Part shown: piece after piece, positions 9,371-19,800 of the stretch
Position numbering within the stretch: the stretch's first letter is position 1
How the letters are laid out: every line of letters begins with the position of its first letter
From: a virus
Virus record (IMG/VR): IMGVR_UViG_3300028909_000018
Span: 1-64,000 of that record
DNA length: 64,000 bases
Direction: 5' to 3' (one strand)
Made by a program: the position numbers and the translations under genes
The notes under the pieces: generated by a model
The model's database searches: none
What the model was told of the DNA's origin: nothing
The model's input: the letters and a program-made list of their open reading frames with translations, nothing else

Positions 9371-9465
9371 AATTTCATTTTAGGTTCCCGATCCAGATGA
9401 GGCTGAAACCCAAGATCAACATGAAGATGGAAAGAAGATCACTCTGGATGATGGTGTCGGACATA

Positions 9466-9882
9466 TCACTCTCCCGTATTGGCCACGATCTTCACATTCC
9501 ATTCGTCGGGACGGGCCAGCAGGAAGTTCTTGAAACGCTCTGCCTCGGGAAGTGAAGCTGCCTCGTAAAAGTGCTTTCCTTGGGCATTGGAATAGAGGAC
9601 GATTTGGGGCATAGAGTTGACACCAGACACATCATTCTCACCCCAACGGAGATACTTATACATTATTTTTTCGATTATATCCTCCATAGGGGGAGAAGCA
9701 CCAAATTCTATGGACCAATACAAAAGGGTGGCAGCATCTTGTTGGCTAATACCGACCTGATTAGAGAGACTTTCTTCCTGTTCAAGGCAGTCTGAAGTGT
9801 CTTCTTTGACGTTTGATATCACTTCCGAGATGCGGTTAAAGATGGCATCACGAATTTGGAAACCTTTTTGGAAATAATTCAT
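9466..9882 (-). CDS. Hypothetical early protein, C-terminus paralogous to 8313..8792
   Basis: PQIVLY...HFYEAASLPEAERF vs PQLVLF...RYYRADSKKEAENF; AAGGAG RBS. Confidence 0.65.
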   Translation of the reverse strand: MNYFQKGFQIRDAIFNRISEVISNVKEDTSDCLEQEESLSNQVGISQQDAATLLYWSIEFGASPPMEDIIEKIMYKYLRWGENDVSGVNSMPQIVLYSNAQGKHFYEAASLPEAERFKNFLLARPDEWNVKIVANTGE

Positions 9883-9947
9883 CTATACATTCTCCTTACC
9901 GAAATTGGTCTGGAGAAGATATTCTAAGGCGCTTAGGAAGTCAAGCT

Positions 9948-10487
9948 CTATTTTGGAAAGAGAGCACTGAAAACGTTGTCGGCACGATCCGTGAAAATCT
10001 CACGGTCGTTAATTCCATTCGCGCCACCATTGATTCTTCTGGTGATGCCCTCTAGGTCGTCTTGGTCTGCTAAGGCATTGAGGTTGTGAGTCTTCCAGTA
10101 TTCACATGCCACTCTGACGGCGATTTCAGGCGTTGCAGCCAAATTTGGATTACCAACAAGATCGACACCGAGAATTTTACTCATGGTGCCGTAGTTAGCC
10201 CGTCCTGTAAGCTGGAAGATGCCACGTCCCTTGAAGAGTGGTCCATCACCATCCTCGGTGTTACCAAGGTCGTCACGGCCCTCGTATTCTCTCCCAGAGG
10301 CATATTCTACAAGAGTCCTAAAGCCAGCGGATTCTTCAGCGGCTTGACCAAAAAAATGATCCATGCGAAGCAGGGAAGTGATCCCATACTGTGGAAGATA
10401 CTGATTTAAATATGGAACGAGACCGGCGACGATCTGTCTATTGGCCTGTGGTGCGATGGTAATTAGCATCTGGTCGGTGATCTGCAT
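9948..10487 (-). CDS. Glycoside hydrolase family 19 endolysin
   Basis: HFFGQAAEESAGF..E, DLGN...DG..FKGRG.FQLTGRANY and ITRRING motifs; late box 10506-10512. Confidence 0.9.
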   Translation of the reverse strand: MQITDQMLITIAPQANRQIVAGLVPYLNQYLPQYGITSLLRMDHFFGQAAEESAGFRTLVEYASGREYEGRDDLGNTEDGDGPLFKGRGIFQLTGRANYGTMSKILGVDLVGNPNLAATPEIAVRVACEYWKTHNLNALADQDDLEGITRRINGGANGINDREIFTDRADNVFSALFPK

Positions 10488-10512
10488 GATATTTCTCCTT
10501 TCGACTATTTAT

Positions 10513-10992
10513 TTAGAAGGCGAAATTCATGAACTCGGCACTATAAGAACTGGTCTGATATGTGAATAAATCCGCGCTGGTATTGGCACTTGTCCCGAGC
10601 AAATTCTGAACAATGACATCAAGAGTTCCTTCGGCAACATTAACAGGAACCGTAGCGCTAATGGATGTTGAGTTGGTGACGCTATAAGAAGCCGCGATGG
10701 TTCCAAAGTAAACATTCTGTACATTTATAAATTGTGTTCCACTAATTACAACCATATTACCAGTATAGGTGATATTTGGACTAACGGATGTAACAGTAGG
10801 CGCGGTAACAGGCGTATATGTGATGATGATAAGACCATTGGCACCAGCAGCACCCGCAAAATCCGTGGTTGTATAGGCGTTGGTGGTTCCTCCACCCTTA
10901 CCACCAATAGTTGTTATGACATCATTTAAATTATAACCACCGCCACCACCACCACCACCATATAAAACTCCGGTACTTCCATTGTTAGACAT
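10513..10992 (-). CDS. Gly-rich domain end plus IPT/TIG Ig-like domain, virion protein
   Basis: GAAGANGLIIITY then PTVTSVSP...VVISGTQF..V.FG...S.TSISATVP. Confidence 0.7.
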   Translation of the reverse strand: MSNNGSTGVLYGGGGGGGGYNLNDVITTIGGKGGGTTNAYTTTDFAGAAGANGLIIITYTPVTAPTVTSVSPNITYTGNMVVISGTQFINVQNVYFGTIAASYSVTNSTSISATVPVNVAEGTLDVIVQNLLGTSANTSADLFTYQTSSYSAEFMNFAF

Positions 10993-10994
10993 AA

Positions 10995-11495
10995 TTAGTC
11001 GCCTCCACCACTACCAGCACCGCCGCCAGAACTACCACCACTACCACCACCACCAACATATCCACCAGAATTTGATGATGATGTATAAGTATAATCACCA
11101 CCAGCACCACCAGCACCACCAAGAGGGCCAGCGCCAGCGCCTCCACCACCACCACCAGTAGCGTGGCCACCAGCACCACCATAACCACCCGTCAAAATAG
11201 TCGTGCCTACAGAACCAGAGCCGCCTGCGCCTGTCGCCATCACGGTAGAAGTATTCACAAAGAATGAATTATAATATGCTTGTGATCCAACAACAACACT
11301 TAAATTTGATCCTACGGTGGTCGAATAATTTACAATTTTGGCATAATTTCCACCATTTCCACCGGCCCCACTTGTATTACCTACGGGTGTAACACCAGCA
11401 GCACCAGACCCGTAACATTCTATTGTATTATTGGTGGGATTCCAGTCATTAGGAACAGTCCAGAATGAATTCGCCGTGAAGGTAATAACCGTCAT
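10995..11495 (-). CDS. Glycine-rich adhesin-like protein (N-terminal half)
   Basis: WTVP.DWN..NNTIECYG.G and polyglycine tracts. Confidence 0.7.
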   Translation of the reverse strand: MTVITFTANSFWTVPNDWNPTNNTIECYGSGAAGVTPVGNTSGAGGNGGNYAKIVNYSTTVGSNLSVVVGSQAYYNSFFVNTSTVMATGAGGSGSVGTTILTGGYGGAGGHATGGGGGGAGAGPLGGAGGAGGDYTYTSSSNSGGYVGGGGSGGSSGGGAGSGGGD

Positions 11496-12046
11496 ACAAT
11501 GTCCTTCTTAAGCGTGAGTTGTTTTATATAGAGGTCTTCCTTATAGGGAACACTACCTATGACATATTTCTCAACAAATTCTTTATTTGGACCATTATAA
11601 TTTATGTCGCCAGCCTTAAGATCGAAGACTTCCACATCAAACTTTTTGAATGCCGGAACACCTTCGTTCTTTGTTTCATCATTAAATCCCGTCGAAGAAA
11701 GATAATAAAAGACATCGACGCCTCTTCTGATGTGTGTCTCTATAATTTCATTGACAAACAGATCATAATTTTTATCCCACCCAATATTATTCTTTGGCTT
11801 CTTCATTGAACATAAAAATACAGTAATACCTAGGTTTCCAAGTTTGAAGAGTAAGACAAATCTTTCAAGAATATCATTTTCAAATAAACCTAAATTAACA
11901 AACATATCGTTTCTAAAGTGTGCGTCAGAAGTAATGGTCGGAAGATACGTATTAAAATCAAACTCATGCCCCGTAAAGATATGATTACGTGATTTAAGTA
12001 TGGTCCGAATACCATCTTTGTCGGATGAATTTAATTCTCTGATCAT
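11492..12046 (-). CDS. Hypothetical protein, possibly GNAT-fold
   Basis: ATG overlaps the fibre stop (TAATG); MIRELNSSD start; AT-rich. Confidence 0.5.
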   Translation of the reverse strand: MIRELNSSDKDGIRTILKSRNHIFTGHEFDFNTYLPTITSDAHFRNDMFVNLGLFENDILERFVLLFKLGNLGITVFLCSMKKPKNNIGWDKNYDLFVNEIIETHIRRGVDVFYYLSSTGFNDETKNEGVPAFKKFDVEVFDLKAGDINYNGPNKEFVEKYVIGSVPYKEDLYIKQLTLKKDIV

Positions 12047-15000
12047 TAGATGTTTCCATCCACGACTACCCATGAACTATTTATTACGAAAAGAGAAATT
12101 GATCCATATTGGTTAAGAATGTTGTAATTGTTAGTTCTTGAACCAAGAGAAAGGCCGACAGCATTAGATATATTAACATTTCCTGTGTTGACTCTTGTAA
12201 TAAGAAGTTTTGCGTTGGTCGGAAGTGTATTTGGAAGATTGATATAGACGTTGTTACTAGAATTCACCACAAGAACGGTTCCCATATCCGTGTTACTTAC
12301 GGCATAGTTGGCGCTTACGGTTGTGGTTGTCATGGTCAATGACTGGATATGACCATTGACGAAGCCGTTGCCGGTTAAATTCATGTTGCCACCAACATTC
12401 AATGATCCTCCTCCAAGGGCAACGTTGCCACCAAATGTGGTTCCGACCCCGGTTCCGTCGATGGAGACAGCGCCAGTGGCGAGAGTGATGGTGAGTGGGC
12501 GAAGAGTATTCCAACTTCCATAGGTGTCGGCGGTATTTGAAAGGAGGACATAATAGCTCGTAGAATCAACTCTTTCAATGACACCATAGGTTCCACCAAT
12601 CATTCTTATGTTAGCGCCATTGGCGTCATATGCCGATGATATAATACCGGCCCCACCTGTTATGGTGCCGACAATATTCGCCGTGCTACTTGCATTGATG
12701 GTCGATCCGTTAAAGGCCCCATTAAAGTTCGTCGCGTTGGCGTAGAAGGCAACAGCATGTCCACCAAAGTTGGTTGAGTTATTTGAAGTCATGGTGGCCA
12801 CGTTTGCACCCAGCGTGGAATTTAATTGATAAGATGCGGCAACAGTTCCTCCCAGATAGAGAGCATTATTTGATGGAAGCATGGCAACGTTGGCAGCAAG
12901 TCCTGCGACAGTCTGATAGGCAGCAGAAGCCGCCCCACCCAGATAATTTGAATTATTTGAAGTGAGAACGAGAACGTTGGCAGCAAGGCCAGCCGTAGTC
13001 TGATAGTTGGACAGATTCGCAACCAACTGAGCATTTGACACCACATTAGCGGCTGAAGTTGTACCTACAAATAAAGTGTTGTTGGCCGTAAGAGGCAAGA
13101 CAGCAGCAGCCATACCAGAAACAGTCTGATAGGCCGTTAGATTCGCAACCAACTGAGCATTTGAAACCACGTTGGAGGCGGATGTGGCTCCAACGAAGGA
13201 CGTGTTGTTGGCCGTCATGGTGGCCACGTTGGCAATCAGAGTCGCTCCGGTAAGCTGATAAGAGGCGGGTGCGACTCCACCAAGGAAGGATGCATTGTTG
13301 GATGCCATTGTCGCCACGTTTGCAGCCAGCGTTGAATTTAATTGATAAGATGCCGCAGCGGTTCCACCAAGATATAGAGAATTGTTGGCGGTGCCTGTGA
13401 AGTTGGTTGTGTTGACGGTTGTGAAGACTGTAGAGTTTCCGATGGTGATGGCAGCGGTATTTGGAAGCGAGAGACTTCCTCCGAATGATACGCCGACGCC
13501 TGTTCCGTCGATGGTCACCGCGCCTGTACCAAGAGCCCATGATAATGGTCGGAAGGCATTCCATGTTCCGATGGCGTTGGCCGACACGGTTTGTAGGAAA
13601 CTCATGTTGGTTCCATCGTTTCTCAGGATGGTTCCATAGCTTCCAGCAATTATTCTGAAGTTGGCACCATTCTGATCATAGTTGGTTACGATGAATCCAG
13701 AATTACCCGTCACCTGACCTAGGATGCTGACGTTGCCAGACGCATTGATTGTGTTAGTTATAATTGTGTTGGATGAGATTGACGAACTGTTGATGACGGT
13801 ATTGACGGTGGAGTTACCGATGGAGGCGCTGTTGGCTGTGAGAGACGATAACACACCGATCCAACGATTGGTCGTGTTGCCTAGATAATAAAAATTATCT
13901 AGAGTTGGATTATTGTTGCCGGTTGAGGTTGTGGTTCCTGAGTAGATCAGGTTGCCAGAGACAGTAAGTGATCCTGTAACGATTCCGTTACCAGTGATGA
14001 CGAGGTTGGCACCATTGATTATGTTAGTTGTAATTGTGTTTGATGAGATTGTATTGGATGTGATTGTATTGGATGTGATTGAGATGGTAGCGATTGACGA
14101 ACTGTTGATAACGGTGTTGACGGTCGTGTTGCCGATAAGGATGGTTGTCGTGTTGGCAACAACATTGGCTCCCACGGCGACAGAGGCCGTGTGAACGGGA
14201 GAAGAGATGTTGGCGTAGAAGGCGACAGGATTTCCACCAAAGTTGATCGAGTTGTTTGATATAAGTGCAGTCAGGGCATTGTTGGCTGTTGAGGAATAGA
14301 ATGATGAGTTGACGGTCGTGTTGACGGTCGAGTTGCCAAAGGTGATTGTTGTGGGATTGATGACTAGGTTTGCTCCGACGGCGACGCCAGTGGAGTTGAC
14401 TGACGTGTTGGATAGAGGCGAGACGAAAATATCGGTCGTAGAATTTCTTGTTGTATAAACCGTGGTGTTTCCAGAAACATAAGTCGTGCTGTTGATGATG
14501 GTGTTGACGGTCGAGTTGCCTAATGACACAGAAGATGTGTTGATCATGACATTGACACCAAGGGTAAGCGCCGTCGTGTTGATGATAGCCGAAGACCCCG
14601 CATCAAGAACCTTGAAGACTGTGGTGTTGGCGACGGTATTAGGCCCAATGGCAAGAGATGTCGCATTAAGGGTAGCGTTGACAGTCGAATTACCGAAGCC
14701 GATCAGGGTGGCGTTTGCGACGAACGTATTTGATGCATAGATTCCAGCAGTCGCGTTGATGGATGAATTTACCACCATGCTGTTGGCGAAGTTGGTGTTG
14801 CCCACAATCGTTGTGAAATTATTTATGATAAGGTTGTTGGTCGAGATGTTGAATGTACTTCCTACAGATGTATTACCATAGATTCCGCCTAGGGGAGTAA
14901 GACCCTGACTGAAAAATGTATTGGAAGTGACATAGAGGTTGGCCGAGGCATTGATCGTTCCACCCTGAATAGAGTTCCCGACTGCAACGAGGGTAGCGCC

Positions 15001-15162
15001 AAAATAACCGTTGACATGTGCGTTACCTGTGGTCAATGATCCACTGGCCGACGCATCGGTCGTGACAACGTTGGACGAGATGATATCAGTAAGCTGGTTG
15101 GTTCTGGTTAACCACGTACCAAAATTCTGGCCGTTGGAAACTTCTGAAATTGTAATAGACAA
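12046..15162 (-). CDS. Long tail fibre protein (TTG start)
   Basis: FGTWLTRTNQ baseplate-docking-type N-terminus, GNSTVN repeats, two gp37/Stf-like RI..G.YG...R.D....WN..RPL modules, ANN..YLGG repeats. Confidence 0.85.
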   Translation of the reverse strand: MSITISEVSNGQNFGTWLTRTNQLTDIISSNVVTTDASASGSLTTGNAHVNGYFGATLVAVGNSIQGGTINASANLYVTSNTFFSQGLTPLGGIYGNTSVGSTFNISTNNLIINNFTTIVGNTNFANSMVVNSSINATAGIYASNTFVANATLIGFGNSTVNATLNATSLAIGPNTVANTTVFKVLDAGSSAIINTTALTLGVNVMINTSSVSLGNSTVNTIINSTTYVSGNTTVYTTRNSTTDIFVSPLSNTSVNSTGVAVGANLVINPTTITFGNSTVNTTVNSSFYSSTANNALTALISNNSINFGGNPVAFYANISSPVHTASVAVGANVVANTTTILIGNTTVNTVINSSSIATISITSNTITSNTISSNTITTNIINGANLVITGNGIVTGSLTVSGNLIYSGTTTSTGNNNPTLDNFYYLGNTTNRWIGVLSSLTANSASIGNSTVNTVINSSSISSNTIITNTINASGNVSILGQVTGNSGFIVTNYDQNGANFRIIAGSYGTILRNDGTNMSFLQTVSANAIGTWNAFRPLSWALGTGAVTIDGTGVGVSFGGSLSLPNTAAITIGNSTVFTTVNTTNFTGTANNSLYLGGTAAASYQLNSTLAANVATMASNNASFLGGVAPASYQLTGATLIANVATMTANNTSFVGATSASNVVSNAQLVANLTAYQTVSGMAAAVLPLTANNTLFVGTTSAANVVSNAQLVANLSNYQTTAGLAANVLVLTSNNSNYLGGAASAAYQTVAGLAANVAMLPSNNALYLGGTVAASYQLNSTLGANVATMTSNNSTNFGGHAVAFYANATNFNGAFNGSTINASSTANIVGTITGGAGIISSAYDANGANIRMIGGTYGVIERVDSTSYYVLLSNTADTYGSWNTLRPLTITLATGAVSIDGTGVGTTFGGNVALGGGSLNVGGNMNLTGNGFVNGHIQSLTMTTTTVSANYAVSNTDMGTVLVVNSSNNVYINLPNTLPTNAKLLITRVNTGNVNISNAVGLSLGSRTNNYNILNQYGSISLFVINSSWVVVDGNI

Positions 15163-15206
15163 TAAACAATCCTTTTTATTTCTTGTTTATTGTTATTTAT
15201 CTTGAC

Positions 15207-15233
15207 AAAAAAATGGCCCCCTTGCGGAGGCCT
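15207..15233 (-). terminator. Rho-independent terminator
   Basis: GGCCTCC-GCAA-GGGGGCC followed by a T run. Confidence 0.7.
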
Positions 15234-15255
15234 ATCTTTTCCTTTTTATGTTTAT

Positions 15256-15435
15256 TTATTTAGACTGAACGGCTTTTCTTATCTTTCCGTCATAAGTTCT
15301 TACTAAGTCCAGAAAGGCATATCCACTCATCTGCTCGGAAAGAAATTTAAGAGCATCCTCCTTGGATGAAGCCATGACAATGGTGGTATCCCTGTCGGTC
15401 TGAGACCAGACTTTATCTATGACATAATATTTCAT
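15256..15435 (-). CDS. Hypothetical protein (59 aa)
   Basis: MKYYVIDKVWSQTDRD...; GAAGG RBS. Confidence 0.55.
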   Translation of the reverse strand: MKYYVIDKVWSQTDRDTTIVMASSKEDALKFLSEQMSGYAFLDLVRTYDGKIRKAVQSK

Positions 15436-15715
15436 TCGTATTTCGCCTTCAGTGTGACCAAGAGTTGCCGTTCCTCCTGCTCCTTGTTTTTTTGTAGAGT
15501 TTTTTCTCTATACTTCTTGATTTCTGACCATCCCATGGTGACATTTTTGGCGAAAAGATCATCAAACATCTTATTATAGAATTCTGGTGTGCTTTCCTCT
15601 TCATCATCAATTTCAATCTTAAGAATAGGTGAGGCAAATTCGATGACGCCTCTGGATATCCCAGAAAAATGTTGCTTGGTAACATAAAAATCAAGATTTG
15701 TGGAGAGTTCCCTTC

Positions 15716-15985
15716 TTATGATTTGGGTATGAATCCATCGATTTGATCAAGAATGGCCTTGTCGAATTCCTCTGACATGCGGCACGGCTTCTCATCCATC
15801 AGGATGATAGCCGCTCTCAGCGCCGCGATATAGTTCGGAAGATACCGTTCAGGATGGATGAAGGCAAGATGGATCAATGGCGCATAGGTCAAATATGCGC
15901 CACCCATGGCAGATTCAAGAAGAAATTCCTGTTCGAAGTGTTCAAACAGAAGTCGTTCGGCCTGTGAATGTTCCATGATGATCAA
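15716..15985 (-). CDS. Hypothetical protein
   Basis: Overlaps the upstream gene's stop. Confidence 0.55.
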   Translation of the reverse strand: MIIMEHSQAERLLFEHFEQEFLLESAMGGAYLTYAPLIHLAFIHPERYLPNYIAALRAAIILMDEKPCRMSEEFDKAILDQIDGFIPKS

Positions 15986-16278
15986 TCCTCAAATTGGTGA
16001 AGTTTATAGGTGGTGATGATACGATCCCAATTGACCTTCAGCCACTCACGCGCCTCGGCTTCCTTGTCGAAACGGTATTTCACCCTCATCCAACGGAAAC
16101 AACAGGGATCATTCCCCGTCGCATCCTTGGGACAGGCAAGGCTGATGGTCCACTTGTAGTCGTTATTCCAGCGAGATGGGGGATAAATAATTCCCACCTG
16201 TTTCTTATCCCCCTTAATGGTGGTGAAAGGATTGGGACTAGCTACCTCCCTAGGGTTCTTTTTAAAAGATAGTTTCAT
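15982..16278 (-). CDS. Hypothetical protein
   Basis: 98 aa, ATGA coupling. Confidence 0.65.
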   Translation of the reverse strand: MKLSFKKNPREVASPNPFTTIKGDKKQVGIIYPPSRWNNDYKWTISLACPKDATGNDPCCFRWMRVKYRFDKEAEAREWLKVNWDRIITTYKLHQFED

Positions 16279-16487
16279 TTGGATTCCCTAATTACAATTT
16301 TCCAGTTCTTCCCACCCATGATTTTGACGAGACCGATGATGGCCCTGTCGCCCACCTTCGCACCGGGATAGGATTGAATATGAGGGGAAAGAAAAACGTT
16401 CTCGTGTTTATTGCTGTTGACAAATGTCCATTCCTGCATAAAATCAGGACGGATATTGATGCACTGGACTTCATATTCATCGCGCAT
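16275..16487 (-). CDS. Hypothetical protein
   Basis: AAGGAG RBS. Confidence 0.65.
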   Translation of the reverse strand: MRDEYEVQCINIRPDFMQEWTFVNSNKHENVFLSPHIQSYPGAKVGDRAIIGLVKIMGGKNWKIVIRESK

Positions 16488-16649
16488 ATCAAATCTCCTT
16501 CGTCGTTATAATAAGGCTCGGCGCGTGGCAATCGAACCACCCCAAATGGTTGGCTTTACGGGGCATACCCGCTGCCTTGAATTTAATCAAAACCATTCTT
16601 TGAATTCCGTTTACGCCGAGATAACCCTGAATTAGAAGGGCAGAATAAC

Positions 16650-16880
16650 CTAGGTGGTCTGGTTTGTCAATATCAATTTCAAAAGATTTTTAATTTCAGA
16701 AAGGTCGGTCTTCACCGTCTCAAATTCGTTGACCATATCCCGCACCTTCTGCTCATGGCTGCGCCGCTTCTTATAGGCGTTGAAGGCCTCTACATTGGTG
16801 TTTAGAATGGCCCCAGACTGCGTATCCCGAACGAGGGAGGGCTCACCCTCCACCTGATAATATCGAGGCTCTTCGCTCAT
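16650..16880 (-). CDS. Small conserved T4-like virion-region protein
   Basis: VEG..SLVRD..SGAILNTN plus a coiled coil; of the kind that follows DUF4815 genes. Confidence 0.75.
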   Translation of the reverse strand: MSEEPRYYQVEGEPSLVRDTQSGAILNTNVEAFNAYKKRRSHEQKVRDMVNEFETVKTDLSEIKNLLKLILTNQTT

Positions 16881-16881
16881 T

Positions 16882-19800
16882 TTAAACCGACGTGCAGACG
16901 GCCACCATGTCGGTCAGCCGTGGAACAAGATATGACCCGGCATTTGAAAGAAGCACCAGCTTGATGGCGAAGGTATCAAATGTGGCATAATTAACACCAG
17001 AATTAGATGTATAACTAACCAGACCATTATTCGCTCCGTTTAGATATGCCGTGTTGAGGAAGGCATTTCCAGAAGGAAGACTGTTGGCGAAGTTAAAGAT
17101 ATACTGGTTGAAATCCTGATTATTAATTTGTGATGATCTGGTCAGGTTAGTCGTGTACATAGGTGTCCATGACTTACTTGAGAATGGATCATTGTCATAC
17201 TGATTCAAAAGTTTTGCGTAGCAGTAGATCGAAGTATTCGCAGGATAATATGCCCCTAAATAGACTGTCAGATTTTCGGCTTCCATCCCCTGTAGAAGAG
17301 TAACGGTGGTGGAAATATACTTGTCGATGGCCTGACCACTGTTGGTGATTTCTGAAGTGAACACGTCATTGTTGGAATCTTCTCCATTGATGAGATTCTG
17401 AATGCAGAGAGCCCCAGACTTCACATTATTGATGGCGGGAGAAAGATAAGGCGAGGTCGAAGTCATGTTGCCATAGACGGTTAGTGACTTATTTCCTGAA
17501 TTATATCTCATTTCATTTGATTTCGACATGACGACACGTTCTTTATCCAAGAAATCTGTTGACTGACCGAAAGTTAGTGAAGTCTGGGATGGGTCGGCAG
17601 AATATGAATTAAATGAATTTGCCACACCCTTCATGGTGAAGTTCAAAGTTGTGACGGATGGAATCGACACCGCAAACTTAGGCATGAAGGTGTCATAAGG
17701 CACGTCATTTAGGGTGGCGATAGCCGCAGAGGCAAGAGAACGTGATCCGATGATGATCCCATTATTTGTTGAAAGGTAAACCGTCGAGTTGGCGGTAGAA
17801 TTTCCGACACTGATAACAGAACTGTTAACAGTCTTGATAATACCAGTCAGACCACCATTTGAGGTAAGCATACCCATTGAACAATTATTATCAGTAAAGA
17901 TAGGCACCGTGTTGATCACAAATGATCCTGTCGTCACCGAGTTAACATTGGCCACCATCGTAGAATTATTTGTATTACTGAATAGATAAATCTTTGTGTT
18001 GGCAAGCAGGCCTGTCGTATTTCCTGTAACCGTTGTCGAGACGTTGGAGACAGAAATATTAGCAGCCTGAATCACGGTGTTGGAATAATAAACAGGTTCC
18101 CCAAGGGTGAAAACTCTTGAAGTGCTGTAAACTTCCAAATAATCCGTGTCGTCGTTATTATAAACGGCCACACCCTGAGAGGCGGTGAAGTCAGCGATGT
18201 TAAGGTTAAACTTGATGGCCTCGTTCTGAAATGCTGTCCATGTAGAATTCTGTGATGACAAGAACATATCACCAATAAAACTCAATGTGTAAATTGGAGC
18301 ATTTGTCAAGACATCGGTTCCTGAAATGACGCCAGTCCACAGATCATAGTTAGGATTTGCGCCGTCAGGAATGATGACGAAGCAGTAATCCGATCCTGAC
18401 GCCAAGAATACGGGTTCAGGGAATAAAATATTCGTTCCCACAGAAGCATTTTGTGATGTGTTTATCTGACTTGGCAACACATGCACCTGAGAACCCGGCT
18501 GAATATCAATACCGGGATATCCATTAACCATATCTCTGATCATAACAGTTATTCCAAGACTTGGATCAGTCGCGGCAAAAAACACATCAAGAGATGTAAT
18601 ATACACACCTTGCACGTTTTGTGGAAGATTTGTTGAAAGAATAGAAAATGCCTGAGCAATTGGTTCATGTTCAACGAACCAATAAGTACCATTCCAAACA
18701 GCATTACCCGGATTTGGTGGAATAATTTGTGGCGTCGTTACTGTTGTGTTATTGGCATAGGTAACCATAGACTGAGAAACAGTTGTGGTGGAAATCTGTG
18801 GTTCTGTCGTCTGTAGGGTAAGGTTGTTCACCGTATACGCAAGGTTGGTGCCCTGATATTCACATGAGGCAATAGTAGTAATAATATTACTTTGGGTAAT
18901 AAGATTAGAAATATCCATAATCTGAAAATTAATGCTTCCTGTATAGAAAGTATTTGCGGGAAGGTAGAAATATCCCCAGAGTTGACCTATCGCGTCGGTG
19001 ATCATCGTGGACGTTGGAAGAATATTATAATTTGAATCCGTCTGTACACAATATTGTGAGATAGACTTGTCGTTGAAATAAGTCCATACCTGTGTATTTG
19101 GCTTCAGACCATTGGCATAGAATTTAATTAATTGCGCCTGACAGAATGGCTGAAGTGAAACATCGGTAACAACATTACCAAAACTATATGTACTTGTTAC
19201 AGGAGCCATAGAAAGTGTGGTTCCGGTCTGTGTATATGTATTGGCCTGAGATGTTGTTGTGGTTGTTGTGGTTCCAACCACGGATGTATTTTTTGATGTT
19301 GTACTAGAAGTTTCGTTCCAAGTTCCCCACTGAGTTGTCCATGCATTGGCAAGATCAACCCAATTTGAATATGAGTTTAGGTCAACAACGACGGCAGGAT
19401 TTACCGTAACGTCAGGCATATAGTTTCCAGATGGAGACAATACAACTGTTCCTGCCCAATTATAAAGAATACTTTCGGCGCAATTTCTTTCCTGTGAGGC
19501 GAAAGGCTGAGAAATCCATGGCTTAACTTCTGTATAATCAAGAGTCAACAGTAGTCCATCAGAAGATTGTTCAATATTTGTACTTGCACTATTTGCATAA
19601 TTTAGATTAACGAGGAACTGATTAAAGATAGGACGAGCCTCGGAAGAAGCGCCGTCGATGGCGATATTGAATGCGGGATCAAGTGTGTTGGCAATACTGA
19701 AATCATTAAAGGGATCGGCAAGCACACCATTCTGGAATACCGTCTGGCCAGACTGATTTGTAAGAAGAAGATTCTGGGCAGACTGTTCAAGAACCGACAG

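Noticed and set aside
12780-13400. CRISPR-like periodic repeats
   Set aside because: They are degenerate in-frame protein repeats within a fibre gene, with no constant repeat/spacer structure and no cas genes.
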